DNA from: Microbacterium sp.
Lineage (GTDB): Bacteria > Actinomycetota > Actinomycetes > Actinomycetales > Microbacteriaceae
Direction: 5' to 3'
Assembly: GCA_047605005.1 (NCBI GenBank)
Contig: JASGGN010000005.1
Location: 13,295-77,294 of the forward strand
DNA length: 64,000 bases
In this document: one piece after another, positions 51,737 to 61,223 of the stretch
Numbering within the stretch: the first letter of the stretch is position 1
Layout: every line of letters begins with the position of its first letter
The notes under the pieces: generated by a model
Databases searched by the model: none
What the model was told of the DNA's origin: nothing
Seen by the model: the letters and a program-made list of their open reading frames with translations, nothing else
Translations under genes and position numbers: made by a program

Positions 51737-53153
51737 CGATGCTCCAATGCGTTCCGTCCGGAGTGTCCTCCAGGGTGATCCCGGCCGCTGCGACGGCGTC
51801 GCGGATGCGGTCGGCTGCGGCCCAGTCCTTGCCCGCTCGCGCCTGCGCGCGCTGGGTGATCATCTCCTCCACGAGCGTGTCGAGTGCACGCGCCTCCATG
51901 CCGGCGCCGGCGCCGCACCACTGCGGATCGGCCGGATCGAGACCCAGGATGCCGGTCATCCGGCCGACCTCCACGAGGGCGCGTGCCGCGGCATCCGTCT
52001 CGCCTGCATCCAGCGCAGCGTTGCCGGCGCGCACCGTCTCATGCACGACCGCGAGCGCCTGGGGCACGCCCAGGTCGTCGTCGAGAGCCGCGGCGAAGGC
52101 ACGGGGAAGATCGGGAAGACCAGGAGGATCGGACAGGCCGGCAGCTGCGGCCGGGGCCGTGCCGAGCACGCGCGCCGCCCGCTGCTGGAAGGTGCGGATA
52201 CGTTCGAGCGCGGCTGCGGCCTCGTCGAAGGTGGTCGCGGTGATCTCCAGCGCGGAGCGGTAGTGCGCCGCCGCGAGCGCATAGCGCACGACGAGCGCAT
52301 CCTGTGCGGCGAGCACGTCATGCGCCAGCAGGAAGTTGCCGAGCGACTTGGACATCTTCTGGTCGCCGACCGTGACGAGCCCGTTGTGCAGCCAGTACCG
52401 GGCGAAGGCATCGCCGGCCGCGGTCGACTGCGCCAGCTCGTTCTCATGATGCGGGAAGCGCAGGTCGATGCCGCCGCCGTGGATGTCGAACTGCGCCCCC
52501 AGGTAGCGCCTGCTCATCGCCGAGCACTCGATGTGCCACCCGGGCCGCCCGGGGCCCCACGGCGAAGCCCATGCGGCATCCGTGGGCTCGTCGGGCTTGG
52601 CCGCCTTCCACAGCGCGAAGTCGCGCGGATCGCGCTTGCCGCGCTCGTCGGCGTCGCCCGCAGACGACATCGCATCGATGCTCTGGCGGGTGAGCGACCC
52701 GTACCCAGGCCACGAGCGCACATCGAAGTAGACGTCGCCGCCGGAGGCATACGCATGGCCGCGGTCGATGAGGAGTGCGATCAGATCGAGCATCTCCGGG
52801 ATCGAGCCGGTCGCGCGCGGCTCATACGTCGGCGGAAGGATGCCGATGGCGGCATATGCTGCACGGAACTCCTGCTCCATGCGGTAGGCGAGCGCCCACC
52901 AGGGCTCGGTCGCCGTCGCGTTCGCGAGCACTTTGTCGTCGATGTCGGTGACGTTGCGCACGAACGTGACGCGGCCGTAACGGTGCGAGAGCCAGCGCCG
53001 CAGCAGATCGAAGGCCAGCGCGGCCCGCAGGTGGTGGATGCCGGGTCCCGACTGCACCGTAGGGCCGCAGACGTAGATCGTGACGTTGTCGGGGGTGAGG
53101 GGAGCGAACTCACGCAGGGCCTGCGCCTGGGTGTCGTAGAGCCGGACCGTCAC
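51729..53153 (-). CDS. cysS: Cysteine--tRNA ligase with atypical HIGH motif (GIHH)
   Basis: YVCGPTV, RNVTDIDDK, DFALWK, GRPGWHIECSAM, DIHGGG.DL.FPHHENE, KMSKSLGN; cysS-rlmB synteny. Confidence 0.95.
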   Translation of the reverse strand: MTVRLYDTQAQALREFAPLTPDNVTIYVCGPTVQSGPGIHHLRAALAFDLLRRWLSHRYGRVTFVRNVTDIDDKVLANATATEPWWALAYRMEQEFRAAYAAIGILPPTYEPRATGSIPEMLDLIALLIDRGHAYASGGDVYFDVRSWPGYGSLTRQSIDAMSSAGDADERGKRDPRDFALWKAAKPDEPTDAAWASPWGPGRPGWHIECSAMSRRYLGAQFDIHGGGIDLRFPHHENELAQSTAAGDAFARYWLHNGLVTVGDQKMSKSLGNFLLAHDVLAAQDALVVRYALAAAHYRSALEITATTFDEAAAALERIRTFQQRAARVLGTAPAAAAGLSDPPGLPDLPRAFAAALDDDLGVPQALAVVHETVRAGNAALDAGETDAAARALVEVGRMTGILGLDPADPQWCGAGAGMEARALDTLVEEMITQRAQARAGKDWAAADRIRDAVAAAGITLEDTPDGTHWSIDG

Positions 53154-53173
53154 GCATCCAGCCTACCGGCGGG

Positions 53174-53214
53174 CCTGTGCGGGAGAGGTCCTGTGCGGGG
53201 CGAAGTCCTGTGCG
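53174..53214. repeat. Three CCTGTGCG copies in the cysS/EamA divergent region
   Basis: At 53174, 53190 and 53207. Confidence 0.7.
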
Positions 53215-53227
53215 ATAGAAGTGAAGG

Positions 53228-54226
53228 ATGCTGCACGTGCTCGCCGTCCTCGCCGCCGCTGTGCTCTTCGGCACCACCGGCACCTCGCAGGCGCTCGGCC
53301 CCGATGGCACGACGCCGCTGTCGGTCGGCGCCGTCCGGATGGTGATCGGCGGCACGGGGCTCGCCGTGCTGGCGTTCGCACTCGCGGGCCGGCACCGGCG
53401 GCGGCATCCCTCCGCCGGGCGCCCGCGCGCCGGCATCCGTCCCGTTCTGCTCATGGCCCTCACCGGTCTGTGTCTCGCGGTCTACCAGCCCCTGTTCTTC
53501 CTCGGCACAGCACGCAACGGCGTCGCCGTGAGCACGGTCATCGCGCTGGGATCGGCGCCCGTGCTCGCGGGGCTGCTGGAGTGGCCGCTCACGCGGCGGT
53601 TGCCTTCGACGACGTGGATGGCGGCGACGGGTCTTGCCACGGTCGGCGTCGTTCTGCTCGGGCTCGGCGGCGCCAGCGGATCGGGAGGCACCGATCCGCT
53701 CGGCGTCGCCGGGGCGATCGGCGCGGGGGCCTCGTTCGCCGTTTTCACGAACGTGCAGCGGCGTCTGCTGGATGCCGGGTGGGACGCCTTCACGGTCGTC
53801 GGGGGCATGGGGGTGAGCTCGGCGCTCGTGAGCGCGGCAGCCCTGCCGCTGATCGACGCGTCGTGGATCGGGCAGCCGCGGGGACTGGTGATGGCGCTCT
53901 GGCTCGGGCTTGCGACGACCGCGATCGCGTATGTGCTGTTCACCTGGGGGCTGCAGAGGCTGTCCGCGGCGACGGCCGCCACCCTGACTCTCGGCGAGCC
54001 GCTGACGGCAACCCTCCTCGGGGTCACGGTCCTCGGTGAGCGGCTGTCGGTCGCAGCGCTCGCAGGCGTCCTCGTGCTCGCCGCGGGGCTCGCGCTGCTC
54101 GCGCGGGGCGCAAGCCGCGCCCGCGGCTCCTCCCCTTCCCCTGACTCTCCCGCGAGTCACCACGCGCCTCACGAATCACCAGCGCCCACGCGCGAGCGGA
54201 CTGGTGACTCGCGAGCGGACTGGTGA
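53228..54226 (+). CDS. EamA/DMT family transporter
   Basis: LFGTTGT, YQPLFF.G...GVA, LTLGEPLTA.LLG...LGE. Confidence 0.9.
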   Translation: MLHVLAVLAAAVLFGTTGTSQALGPDGTTPLSVGAVRMVIGGTGLAVLAFALAGRHRRRHPSAGRPRAGIRPVLLMALTGLCLAVYQPLFFLGTARNGVAVSTVIALGSAPVLAGLLEWPLTRRLPSTTWMAATGLATVGVVLLGLGGASGSGGTDPLGVAGAIGAGASFAVFTNVQRRLLDAGWDAFTVVGGMGVSSALVSAAALPLIDASWIGQPRGLVMALWLGLATTAIAYVLFTWGLQRLSAATAATLTLGEPLTATLLGVTVLGERLSVAALAGVLVLAAGLALLARGASRARGSSPSPDSPASHHAPHESPAPTRERTGDSRADW

Positions 54227-54234
54227 CTCGCGAG
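54152..54234. repeat. Palindromic element built from 19-bp units
   Basis: CGCGAGCGGACTGGTGACT x2 (54191-54228) preceded by inverted degenerate units CGCGAGTCACCA and CACGAATCACCA. Confidence 0.75.
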
Positions 54235-54258
54235 GTCGAGGTGGGGGGGCAGCGGGGG

Positions 54259-55467
54259 TCAGGGGTGCGGCAGGACGAGCGCGACAGCGTAGGCAGCGAC
54301 GCCCTCTCCTGCGCCCGTGAAGCCCAGACCGTCGGTCGTCGTCGCGGCGACCGACACCGGCGCCCCGAGCACGCCCGACAGAGCCGCCTCGGCCTCGGCC
54401 CGCCGCGCCGCGAAACGCGGACGGTTCGCCTGGAACTGCACCGACACGCTCCCGATCGAAAACCCCGCCCCTTCGACGAGCTCCCGCGTGCGGGCCAGGA
54501 AGTCCTCGGCGTGCGCGCCCGCGAACTCGGGCCGCGCCGTGCCGAAGTGCGTGCCGATGTCACCGAGCCCGGCCGCGGCCAGCACCGCATCGACGATCGC
54601 GTGCGCGACCGCGTCGCCGTCCGAGTGCCCGCGCAGCGCGGGCTCACCGGGCCACCGCAGACCCGCGAGCCAGAGCGCGCCCTCGCCGCCGAAAGCGTGC
54701 ACATCGGTGCCGATGCCGATCCGTGGCGCGCCAGCGACCGTGACAACGGCGTCCGCCACGCCGCGCGGCGCGGCGCCCAGCAGCAGTCTGGCCCGCTCGA
54801 GATCGGCCGCGGTCGTGATCTTGAACGCCCGCTCGTCGCCGCGGACCGTCCACACCTCGACCCCCGAGGCCTGCACAAGCGCGGCGTCGTCGGAATGGTC
54901 GACGACGGCATCCGCATATGCGGCATCCAGCACCGTCCGCCGGAAGCCCTGCGGCGTTTGCGCGGCGGCCAGCACCGACCGGTCGACGGGCTCGACGACG
55001 AGGTCGCCGTCGACCCGCTTGATCGTGTCGACGACCGGCAGCACCGGCAGCACGGCGTCGTGACCGGCCGCGAGCGCGGCGATCACGCGCGTGAAGACAT
55101 CGGGAGGCGTCAGGGCGCGCGCCGCATCGTGGACGAGGACGAGCTCGACATCGGCCCAGACGGCGCCGAGGCCGGCCGCAACGGATGCCTGACGGGTCGC
55201 GCCGCCCGCGACGACGCTGACGAGGTCCCGGCGGTCTCCCGCGGCCTCGCGCGCCTCGGTCACGGCATCGCCGACACGATCCTCCGGCGCGACGACGATC
55301 ACCTGCGCGGTCGGTGCCGCGAAGACCCCCGCGAGCGCGTGCCGGAGGACGCTGTGCTCGTCGATGCCCACCAACGCCTTCGGAGACGCCGCGCCGAGGC
55401 GCTGCCCCGATCCTGCCGCGACGACGACGACGGCGATGCGCGGAACGGGGACGGGAGAGGTCGTCAT
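54259..55467 (-). CDS. ispDF: Bifunctional IspD/IspF (MEP pathway)
   Basis: AAGSG.RLG...PKA, VHDAAR, QTPQGF, then GIGTDVH, GHSDGD..AHA..DA, ATTTDGLGFTG. Confidence 0.93.
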   Translation of the reverse strand: MTTSPVPVPRIAVVVVAAGSGQRLGAASPKALVGIDEHSVLRHALAGVFAAPTAQVIVVAPEDRVGDAVTEAREAAGDRRDLVSVVAGGATRQASVAAGLGAVWADVELVLVHDAARALTPPDVFTRVIAALAAGHDAVLPVLPVVDTIKRVDGDLVVEPVDRSVLAAAQTPQGFRRTVLDAAYADAVVDHSDDAALVQASGVEVWTVRGDERAFKITTAADLERARLLLGAAPRGVADAVVTVAGAPRIGIGTDVHAFGGEGALWLAGLRWPGEPALRGHSDGDAVAHAIVDAVLAAAGLGDIGTHFGTARPEFAGAHAEDFLARTRELVEGAGFSIGSVSVQFQANRPRFAARRAEAEAALSGVLGAPVSVAATTTDGLGFTGAGEGVAAYAVALVLPHP

Positions 55468-55489
55468 ACCTCGGGGACGAGCGAGCAGG

Positions 55490-55972
55490 TCAGCTCGCGA
55501 GGACCTCGTCGAGCACACCGGAGGCGTGCTCCTCGTCGGCCTTGAGAGCAAGAGCGATCTCGGAGACGAGGATCTGCCGCGCCTTCGCGAGCATGCGCTT
55601 CTCACCGGCGGACAGCCCGCGGTCCTGATCGCGGCGCCACAGGTCGCGCACGACCTCGGACACCTTGATCACGTCGCCCGAGGCGAGCTTCTCAAGGTTC
55701 GCCTTGTAGCGGCGCGACCAGTTGGTCGGCTCCTCGGTGAACGCGGCGCGCAACACGTCGAAGACGCGCTCGAGACCGTCCTTGCCGATCACGTCGCGAA
55801 CGCCGACCAGATCGACGTTGTCCGCCGGGACCTCGATGATGAGGTCACCCTGCGTGACGTTCAGCTTCAGATACTTCTTGGTCTCGCCCTTGATGATCCG
55901 GTCTTTGACCTCGATGATCGTCGCGGCGCCGTGGTGCGGATAAACGACCGTCTCGCCAACCTCAAACAGCAT
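55490..55972 (-). CDS. carD: CarD transcription factor
   Basis: [32 protein letters not shown]. Confidence 0.96.
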   Translation of the reverse strand: MLFEVGETVVYPHHGAATIIEVKDRIIKGETKKYLKLNVTQGDLIIEVPADNVDLVGVRDVIGKDGLERVFDVLRAAFTEEPTNWSRRYKANLEKLASGDVIKVSEVVRDLWRRDQDRGLSAGEKRMLAKARQILVSEIALALKADEEHASGVLDEVLAS

Positions 55973-56143
55973 GCAGTTATGTCCTTTCGGCAACGTCAAG
56001 GATACCACAGGGGACATGCGCTAAGGTTTGCGCCGCCGATGTCGACGAGTGCCGCGGGGCGCCTGTGCGACCCACCTCGGCACCCCTAGAATGGTCACGC
56101 ACCGCGCGACGCGGCTTGCGCCCGACCGTCTCCAGGAGGATCC

Positions 56144-56638
56144 GTGAACACGCGCCGTCTCGCGACTGTCGCTCTCGCCACTGTCGTCGCCGCCACCGCC
56201 GCGCTGAGCGCGACCGGCTGCACCTTCATCTCACCGCAGGCCACGACGATCTCGTACTCGCCCTCCGACGGGGTGAGCGTTCCGGCATCCGGCCCGCTGA
56301 GCGTGCGCAACGCGCTGCTGGTCGCCGACGAATCGGGCGAGAACGCCAATTTCATCGCCGCGATCGTCAACGACACCGACAGCGCCGAAACGCTGCTGGT
56401 CGGTATCGACGGGGTCAACAAGAGCGTGCGCGTGCCGGCGAACAGCACCGTGAGCCTCGGCTTCGATGGGGACGACCCGCTGCTGTTCACGGGGTTGGAT
56501 GCCGCTCCGGGCATCGACCTGGAGATGACGTTCCAGTCCGGTGATGGTGAGGGCGTGGTCCAGTCGATTCCCGTGCTCGACGGATCCCTCGACTACCTCG
56601 CCGACTTCGTCCCCGAGGCCGACTCCGAGGACGAATAG
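56144..56638 (+). CDS. Putative lipoprotein (LpqE-like, divergent from carD)
   Basis: Signal peptide with lipobox ATGC; Y.PSDG, VRNAL. Confidence 0.78.
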   Translation: MNTRRLATVALATVVAATAALSATGCTFISPQATTISYSPSDGVSVPASGPLSVRNALLVADESGENANFIAAIVNDTDSAETLLVGIDGVNKSVRVPANSTVSLGFDGDDPLLFTGLDAAPGIDLEMTFQSGDGEGVVQSIPVLDGSLDYLADFVPEADSEDE

Positions 56639-56640
56639 GC

Positions 56641-57324
56641 CTACGCCTCGAAGCGGTAGCCGAGGCCGCGCACCGTCAGGAGCATCGCCGGCTCGGACGG
56701 GTTCTCCTCGATGCGCGAGCGGATCCGCTTGATGTGCACATCGAGCGTCTTCGTGTCGCCGAAGTAGTCGCTGCCCCACACTCGGTCGATCAGCTGGCCG
56801 CGGGTGAGCACCCGCCCCGCATTGCGCATGAGCACTTCGAGAAGCTCGAACTCCTTGAGCGGCATCGCGATGATCTTCCCGTCGACGGCGACGGTGTGCC
56901 GATCGATGTCGAGCACGACACGGCCGCCATCGATGAGCCTGTCATCGAGGTCGACGTCGGATGTCTCCGACCGGCGCAGCACCGCGCGCATGCGCGCGAG
57001 CAGCTCGCGCGAGGAATACGGCTTGGTGACATAGTCGTCGGCACCGAGCTCGAGGCCGACGACGATGTCGACCTCGGAGTCTTTCGCCGTCAACATGATG
57101 ATCGGCACCTTCGACGTCGCCCGGATCACGCGACACACTTCGGTTCCCGGCATCCCCGGGAGCATGAGGTCCAGCAGCACGATGTCCGCACCCCGCGCCG
57201 CGAACGCTTCGAGCGCTGCGGATCCGTCCTCGGCGATCTCGACGTCGAACGCCTCCCGGCGCAACAGATACGCGAGCGGGTCGGCGAGGTCGGGCTCGTC
57301 CTCGACGATCAGGACATGGGTCAT
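56641..57324 (-). CDS. regX3: Response regulator RegX3
   Basis: SEVDIVVGLELGADDYVTKPYS, MPLKEFELL, DTKTLDVHIKR. Confidence 0.92.
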   Translation of the reverse strand: MTHVLIVEDEPDLADPLAYLLRREAFDVEIAEDGSAALEAFAARGADIVLLDLMLPGMPGTEVCRVIRATSKVPIIMLTAKDSEVDIVVGLELGADDYVTKPYSSRELLARMRAVLRRSETSDVDLDDRLIDGGRVVLDIDRHTVAVDGKIIAMPLKEFELLEVLMRNAGRVLTRGQLIDRVWGSDYFGDTKTLDVHIKRIRSRIEENPSEPAMLLTVRGLGYRFEA

Positions 57325-58562
57325 GGCGTACCTCCTCGGGTTCGCGCAACGGCGCGAACATCCCTCTTCTTCTTGCTCTTGTCGCTCTTGTTGTTCTTCT
57401 TGTCGTTCTTGCGCTTCTTGACCTTCGTCTTCGCACTCGGCTCGAGGGGAGCGTCGACCGCGGGCAGGCGCACCGTGAAGGTCGACCCCTGCCCGGGCCG
57501 AGACCATAGCTCGACCTCGCCGCCGTGGCGCTGGATGGCGTGCTTGACGATCGACAGCCCGAGGCCTGTGCCGCCGGTGCGCCGGGAACGGGCCTGGTCG
57601 GCCCGGTAGAACCGCTCGAAGATGCGCTGCTGCTCGCCCTCGGGAATGCCGATCCCCCGGTCGGTGACGGCGATCTCGACGAACCCGTCGCGCAGGCCGA
57701 CCCCGACGCCGACCTGACCGCCCGGCGCCGAGTAGGCGACCGCGTTGGCGACCAGATTCGCGATCGCCTCACTGAGCACCTGAACGTCGCCGCGCACATG
57801 CGCGCCGCGCACGCCGCCGCGCACGATGGTGATCCCCGCCGCCGTCGCGGCGAGCGACTGCGACTCCGCCGCCGCCGTGACGACCTCGTCCACCGAGACG
57901 TCACGCAGTTCCGTCAAGTCGTCGGCGGACTGCAAACGGGAGAGGTTCATGATGCGGGAGGTGAGCTGCCCGAGGCGCGCGGCCTCCGCGCTCAGACGGG
58001 CCGCGAAGCGACGCACCTGCTCGGGGTCATCGGCTGCGGAGTCGATCGCCTCGGCGAGCAGCGTCACCGCCCCGACGGGAGTCTTCAGCTCGTGACTCGT
58101 GTTCGAGACGAAGTCCCGGCGCATCTGCTCGATCCGCTCGTGCTCGGTGATATCGCGAATCACGATGAGGGTGAGGCGAGCGGAGATCACGCTTGCGCGC
58201 GCCGAGACCAGACGCGCCTCGACCCCGCGGCGCAAGCGCAGCGTCGCCGTCTCCGGGGCATCCGTCTGGCGGACATCGCGCGCGAGCGCGCGCAGTTCTT
58301 CGCCGGGCAGCGAGTGCCGCTCCAGCATGCCGAACAGCTCCGCAGGGGCGGACGCCGCGACGACCTGCAATGACGCGTCGACGACGACGGCGACCTCGTC
58401 CATCCCCTGCAGCACCGCGCGGGTGCCGTCCGGGAGCTCCACGGATGCCGCCCGGCGCGCGCGATCGCGGGCACGCAGCGGCATCAGGATCACGGACACC
58501 ATCGCGCCGCCGATCAGGACGCCCACCGCGAGCGCGATGACGGCGATCTGCGTCGAATCCAT
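57321..58562 (-). CDS. senX3: Sensor kinase SenX3
   Basis: RRDFVSN.SHELKTPVGA, DRGIGI, FERFYRAD.ARSR.TGGTGLGL; Lys-rich tail. Confidence 0.9.
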   Translation of the reverse strand: MDSTQIAVIALAVGVLIGGAMVSVILMPLRARDRARRAASVELPDGTRAVLQGMDEVAVVVDASLQVVAASAPAELFGMLERHSLPGEELRALARDVRQTDAPETATLRLRRGVEARLVSARASVISARLTLIVIRDITEHERIEQMRRDFVSNTSHELKTPVGAVTLLAEAIDSAADDPEQVRRFAARLSAEAARLGQLTSRIMNLSRLQSADDLTELRDVSVDEVVTAAAESQSLAATAAGITIVRGGVRGAHVRGDVQVLSEAIANLVANAVAYSAPGGQVGVGVGLRDGFVEIAVTDRGIGIPEGEQQRIFERFYRADQARSRRTGGTGLGLSIVKHAIQRHGGEVELWSRPGQGSTFTVRLPAVDAPLEPSAKTKVKKRKNDKKNNKSDKSKKKRDVRAVARTRGGTP

Positions 58563-58633
58563 GACCTCCAGCGTAGGGTGGGAGACGAGGACCGCAGGCC
58601 CATACGCGAGCCGCGCCCGGCGCCACGAGCACT

Positions 58634-58662
58634 GTTCACCACGACAGAACCGTTCGTTAACC
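58634..58662. promoter_or_regulatory. PHO-box-like 11-bp-periodic repeats
   Basis: GTTCACC (58634), CAGAACC (58645), GTTAACC (58656) between senX3 and phoU. Confidence 0.55.
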
Positions 58663-58746
58663 TTCGGGCGGGAGGATCGACCGCCGAGCGAACGGCCCGC
58701 CGACGAACGCCGGCACCCCAGCGATCGCCCGAGGAGAGGTTCGAAG

Positions 58747-59439
58747 ATGCGCGAAGTGTTCCACCAGTCGCTCGAGGACGTGCAGACCCGTCTTGTCGAG
58801 ATCTCCGAGCTCGTCACGGTGGCCATCGACAAGGCCACGCGGGCATTCGGGTCGAGCGATGTGGCGCTGGCCGAGGAGGTCATCGAGGCCGACGCGGTCA
58901 TCGACGAGAAGGCGATCGCCCTCGACGAGCTCGCCATCCAGATCCTCGCCCGCCAGCAGCCGGTCGCCCGTGACCTGCGCATCGTCGTGGCGGCGCTGCG
59001 CGTGAGCGCATCGCTCGAACGGATGGGTGACATCGCGGAGCACATCGCGCAGCTGACCCGCATGCGGTTCCCGGAGCGGGCCATCCCGAAGGGGCTCAAG
59101 GGCAACTTCACGCGCATGGGCGAGCTCGACGTCGAGGTCGCGCGCACCCTCACCGATCTTCTGCGCACCGAAGACCTGTCGCTCGTGGAGACGCTGCGCA
59201 CCCTCGACGACCAGCTCGACGACCGTCACCTCGCCGTCTTCGAGAAGGTGCTCAGCGACAACTGGCAGGGCGAGGCATCCGCCACCGTCGACGCGACGCT
59301 CGCCAGCCGCTACCTCGAGCGCTTCGCCGACCACGCCGTGTCGGTCGCCAAGAAGGTCGCCTACCTGGCGACGGGCGACTGGACCCCCGACACGGAGACG
59401 ATCGCCGTCATCGCGGCGACCGAGTCCGCGACGCAGTAG
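58747..59439 (+). CDS. phoU: Phosphate signalling protein PhoU
   Basis: ARQQPVARDLR, LERMGD.A.HIA, RYLERFADHAV. Confidence 0.95.
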   Translation: MREVFHQSLEDVQTRLVEISELVTVAIDKATRAFGSSDVALAEEVIEADAVIDEKAIALDELAIQILARQQPVARDLRIVVAALRVSASLERMGDIAEHIAQLTRMRFPERAIPKGLKGNFTRMGELDVEVARTLTDLLRTEDLSLVETLRTLDDQLDDRHLAVFEKVLSDNWQGEASATVDATLASRYLERFADHAVSVAKKVAYLATGDWTPDTETIAVIAATESATQ

Positions 59440-59463
59440 CCGGCCGGACGAGGCTCGGGCGAC

Positions 59464-60213
59464 TCAGCCCTTGCCCTGGCTCGCGACCGCCGCGGCCCCC
59501 GCGGCCGCCGCCTCGGGGTCGAGGTACTCACCCGGGCCCAGCGGCAGGAAGTCCTCGCCGAGGCGGTACACGAGCGGGATGCCGGTGGGGATGTTCAACT
59601 CGGCGATGTCGGCGTCGCTGATGCCGTCGAGGTGCTTGACGAGACCGCGCAGGGAGTTGCCGTGCGCCGTGACGAGCACCGTCTTGCCGGCCGCCAGGTC
59701 CGGCTTGATGTCCGACTCCCAGTACGGGAGCATCCGGTCGATGACGATCTTCAGCGACTCGGTGCGCGGGACCTCGCCGTCGATGCCCGCATAGCGGATG
59801 TCGCCGACCTGGCTGTAGGGGTCGTCGTCGTCCAGCGGGGGCGGTGGCACGTCGAATGACCGGCGCCACAGCATGAACTGGTCGTTGCCGAACTCGGCGA
59901 GGGTCGCCGCCTTGTCCTTGCCCTGCAGCGCGCCGTAGTGCCGCTCGTTGAGCCGCCACGAGCGCTTCACCGGGATCCAGAGCCGATCGGCCGCCTCGAG
60001 GGCGATGTTCGCGGTCTGGATCGCGCGGCTGAGCATGGAGGTGTGCAGCACGTCCGGCAGGATGCCGGAATCCTTCAGCAGCTCACCGCCGCGCGCGGCC
60101 TCGCTGCGCCCCTGCTCGGTGAGGCGGACGTCCACCCAGCCGGTGAACTGGTTGGTCTTGTTCCACTCGCTCTGCCCGTGGCGGAGGAGGATCAGCGTGT
60201 ACGGAGCAGTCAT
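59464..60213 (-). CDS. gpmA: 2,3-bisphosphoglycerate-dependent phosphoglycerate mutase
   Basis: [28 protein letters not shown]. Confidence 0.97.
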   Translation of the reverse strand: MTAPYTLILLRHGQSEWNKTNQFTGWVDVRLTEQGRSEAARGGELLKDSGILPDVLHTSMLSRAIQTANIALEAADRLWIPVKRSWRLNERHYGALQGKDKAATLAEFGNDQFMLWRRSFDVPPPPLDDDDPYSQVGDIRYAGIDGEVPRTESLKIVIDRMLPYWESDIKPDLAAGKTVLVTAHGNSLRGLVKHLDGISDADIAELNIPTGIPLVYRLGEDFLPLGPGEYLDPEAAAAGAAAVASQGKG

Positions 60214-60253
60214 GGCGCCATCCTACTCGGGGGCGCGCTGGCATCATGGGGAC

Positions 60254-61111
60254 ATGCCGCCGGACGAGCTCGCCCCGCGCGAAGCGCGGATGCCCGCGGC
60301 TCGCCGACCGGTGGGCCGCATCACGCGCGGCACGACGAACACAAATCGGCTGCGGCGCGTCGACCGCTGGATCGCACGGCATCCGGTGCTGCCGCGCGCG
60401 CTGGATCCTCTCGTGGTGGACCTCGGCTTCGGCGCGAGCGGCGTCACCGTGCTCGAGCTCGAGGCACGGCTGCGTAGCGTGCGCCCCGATGTCGACGTCG
60501 TCGGGTTCGAGATCGATCCCGCCCGCGTCGCGCGAGCGCGGGAGCAGCTGAAGGCGGTGCGCGCCGGGGGCACGCCGTTCGCGGCGGACGCCCGGGTCTC
60601 GTTCGAGCGCGGCGGGTTCGAGGTGCCGCTCCCGCAGGGGCGGACGGCGGCGATCATCCGGGCGTTCAACGTGCTGCGTCAGTATGAGGAATCCGACGTG
60701 ACGGAGGCGTGGACGCGCATGTGCGCGCGGCTGCAGCCGGGCGGCATCCTCGTCGAGGGCACGTGCGACGAGCTGGGCCGCGTCTGCACGTGGATCGAGG
60801 TGGGCGCGGATGCCCTGCCGCGCAGCCTCACGATCTCGCTGCGGCTGTCCGCACTCGACTCCCCCGCCGTCGCCGCGGAGCGCCTGCCGAAAGCGCTCAT
60901 CCATCGCAATGTCCCGGGGGAACCCGTGCATGCCTTCCTCTCGGCGTTGGATGCCGCGTGGGTGCGCGCTGTCGCATCCGCTCCGTTCGGCCCGACGCAC
61001 CGCTGGCGCACCGCGCTGCAGACGATGGCGGATGCCGGCTGGCCCGTGCAGGGCCGCGCGCGCTGGCGCCTCGGCGAGGTCACCGTGCCCTGGACCATCG
61101 TCTCTCCCTGA
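60254..61111 (+). CDS. Class I SAM-dependent methyltransferase-like protein
   Basis: GRITRGTTNTNRLRRVDRW, VDLGFGASG, NVLRQY, EGTCDELGR. Confidence 0.82.
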   Translation: MPPDELAPREARMPAARRPVGRITRGTTNTNRLRRVDRWIARHPVLPRALDPLVVDLGFGASGVTVLELEARLRSVRPDVDVVGFEIDPARVARAREQLKAVRAGGTPFAADARVSFERGGFEVPLPQGRTAAIIRAFNVLRQYEESDVTEAWTRMCARLQPGGILVEGTCDELGRVCTWIEVGADALPRSLTISLRLSALDSPAVAAERLPKALIHRNVPGEPVHAFLSALDAAWVRAVASAPFGPTHRWRTALQTMADAGWPVQGRARWRLGEVTVPWTIVSP

Positions 61112-61145
61112 CCCCCGCACCTCCTGCCTTCTCCCCCGTCGCGTG

Positions 61146-61197
61146 GTCGAAAGCTGCGCGCGCTGCGGAACTTTCGGCCGCGCGCGCAGCTTTCGGC
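61146..61197. terminator. Long hairpin between convergent genes (terminator or REP-like)
   Basis: GTCGAAAGCTGCGCGCG ... CGCGCGCAGCTTTCGGC. Confidence 0.7.
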
Positions 61198-61223
61198 AGC
61201 GCGAGGCGGCGGCGAGGCGGACC

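Noticed and set aside
54259-55467. IspD-IspF fusion as a novelty
   Set aside because: Bifunctional IspDF is well known.
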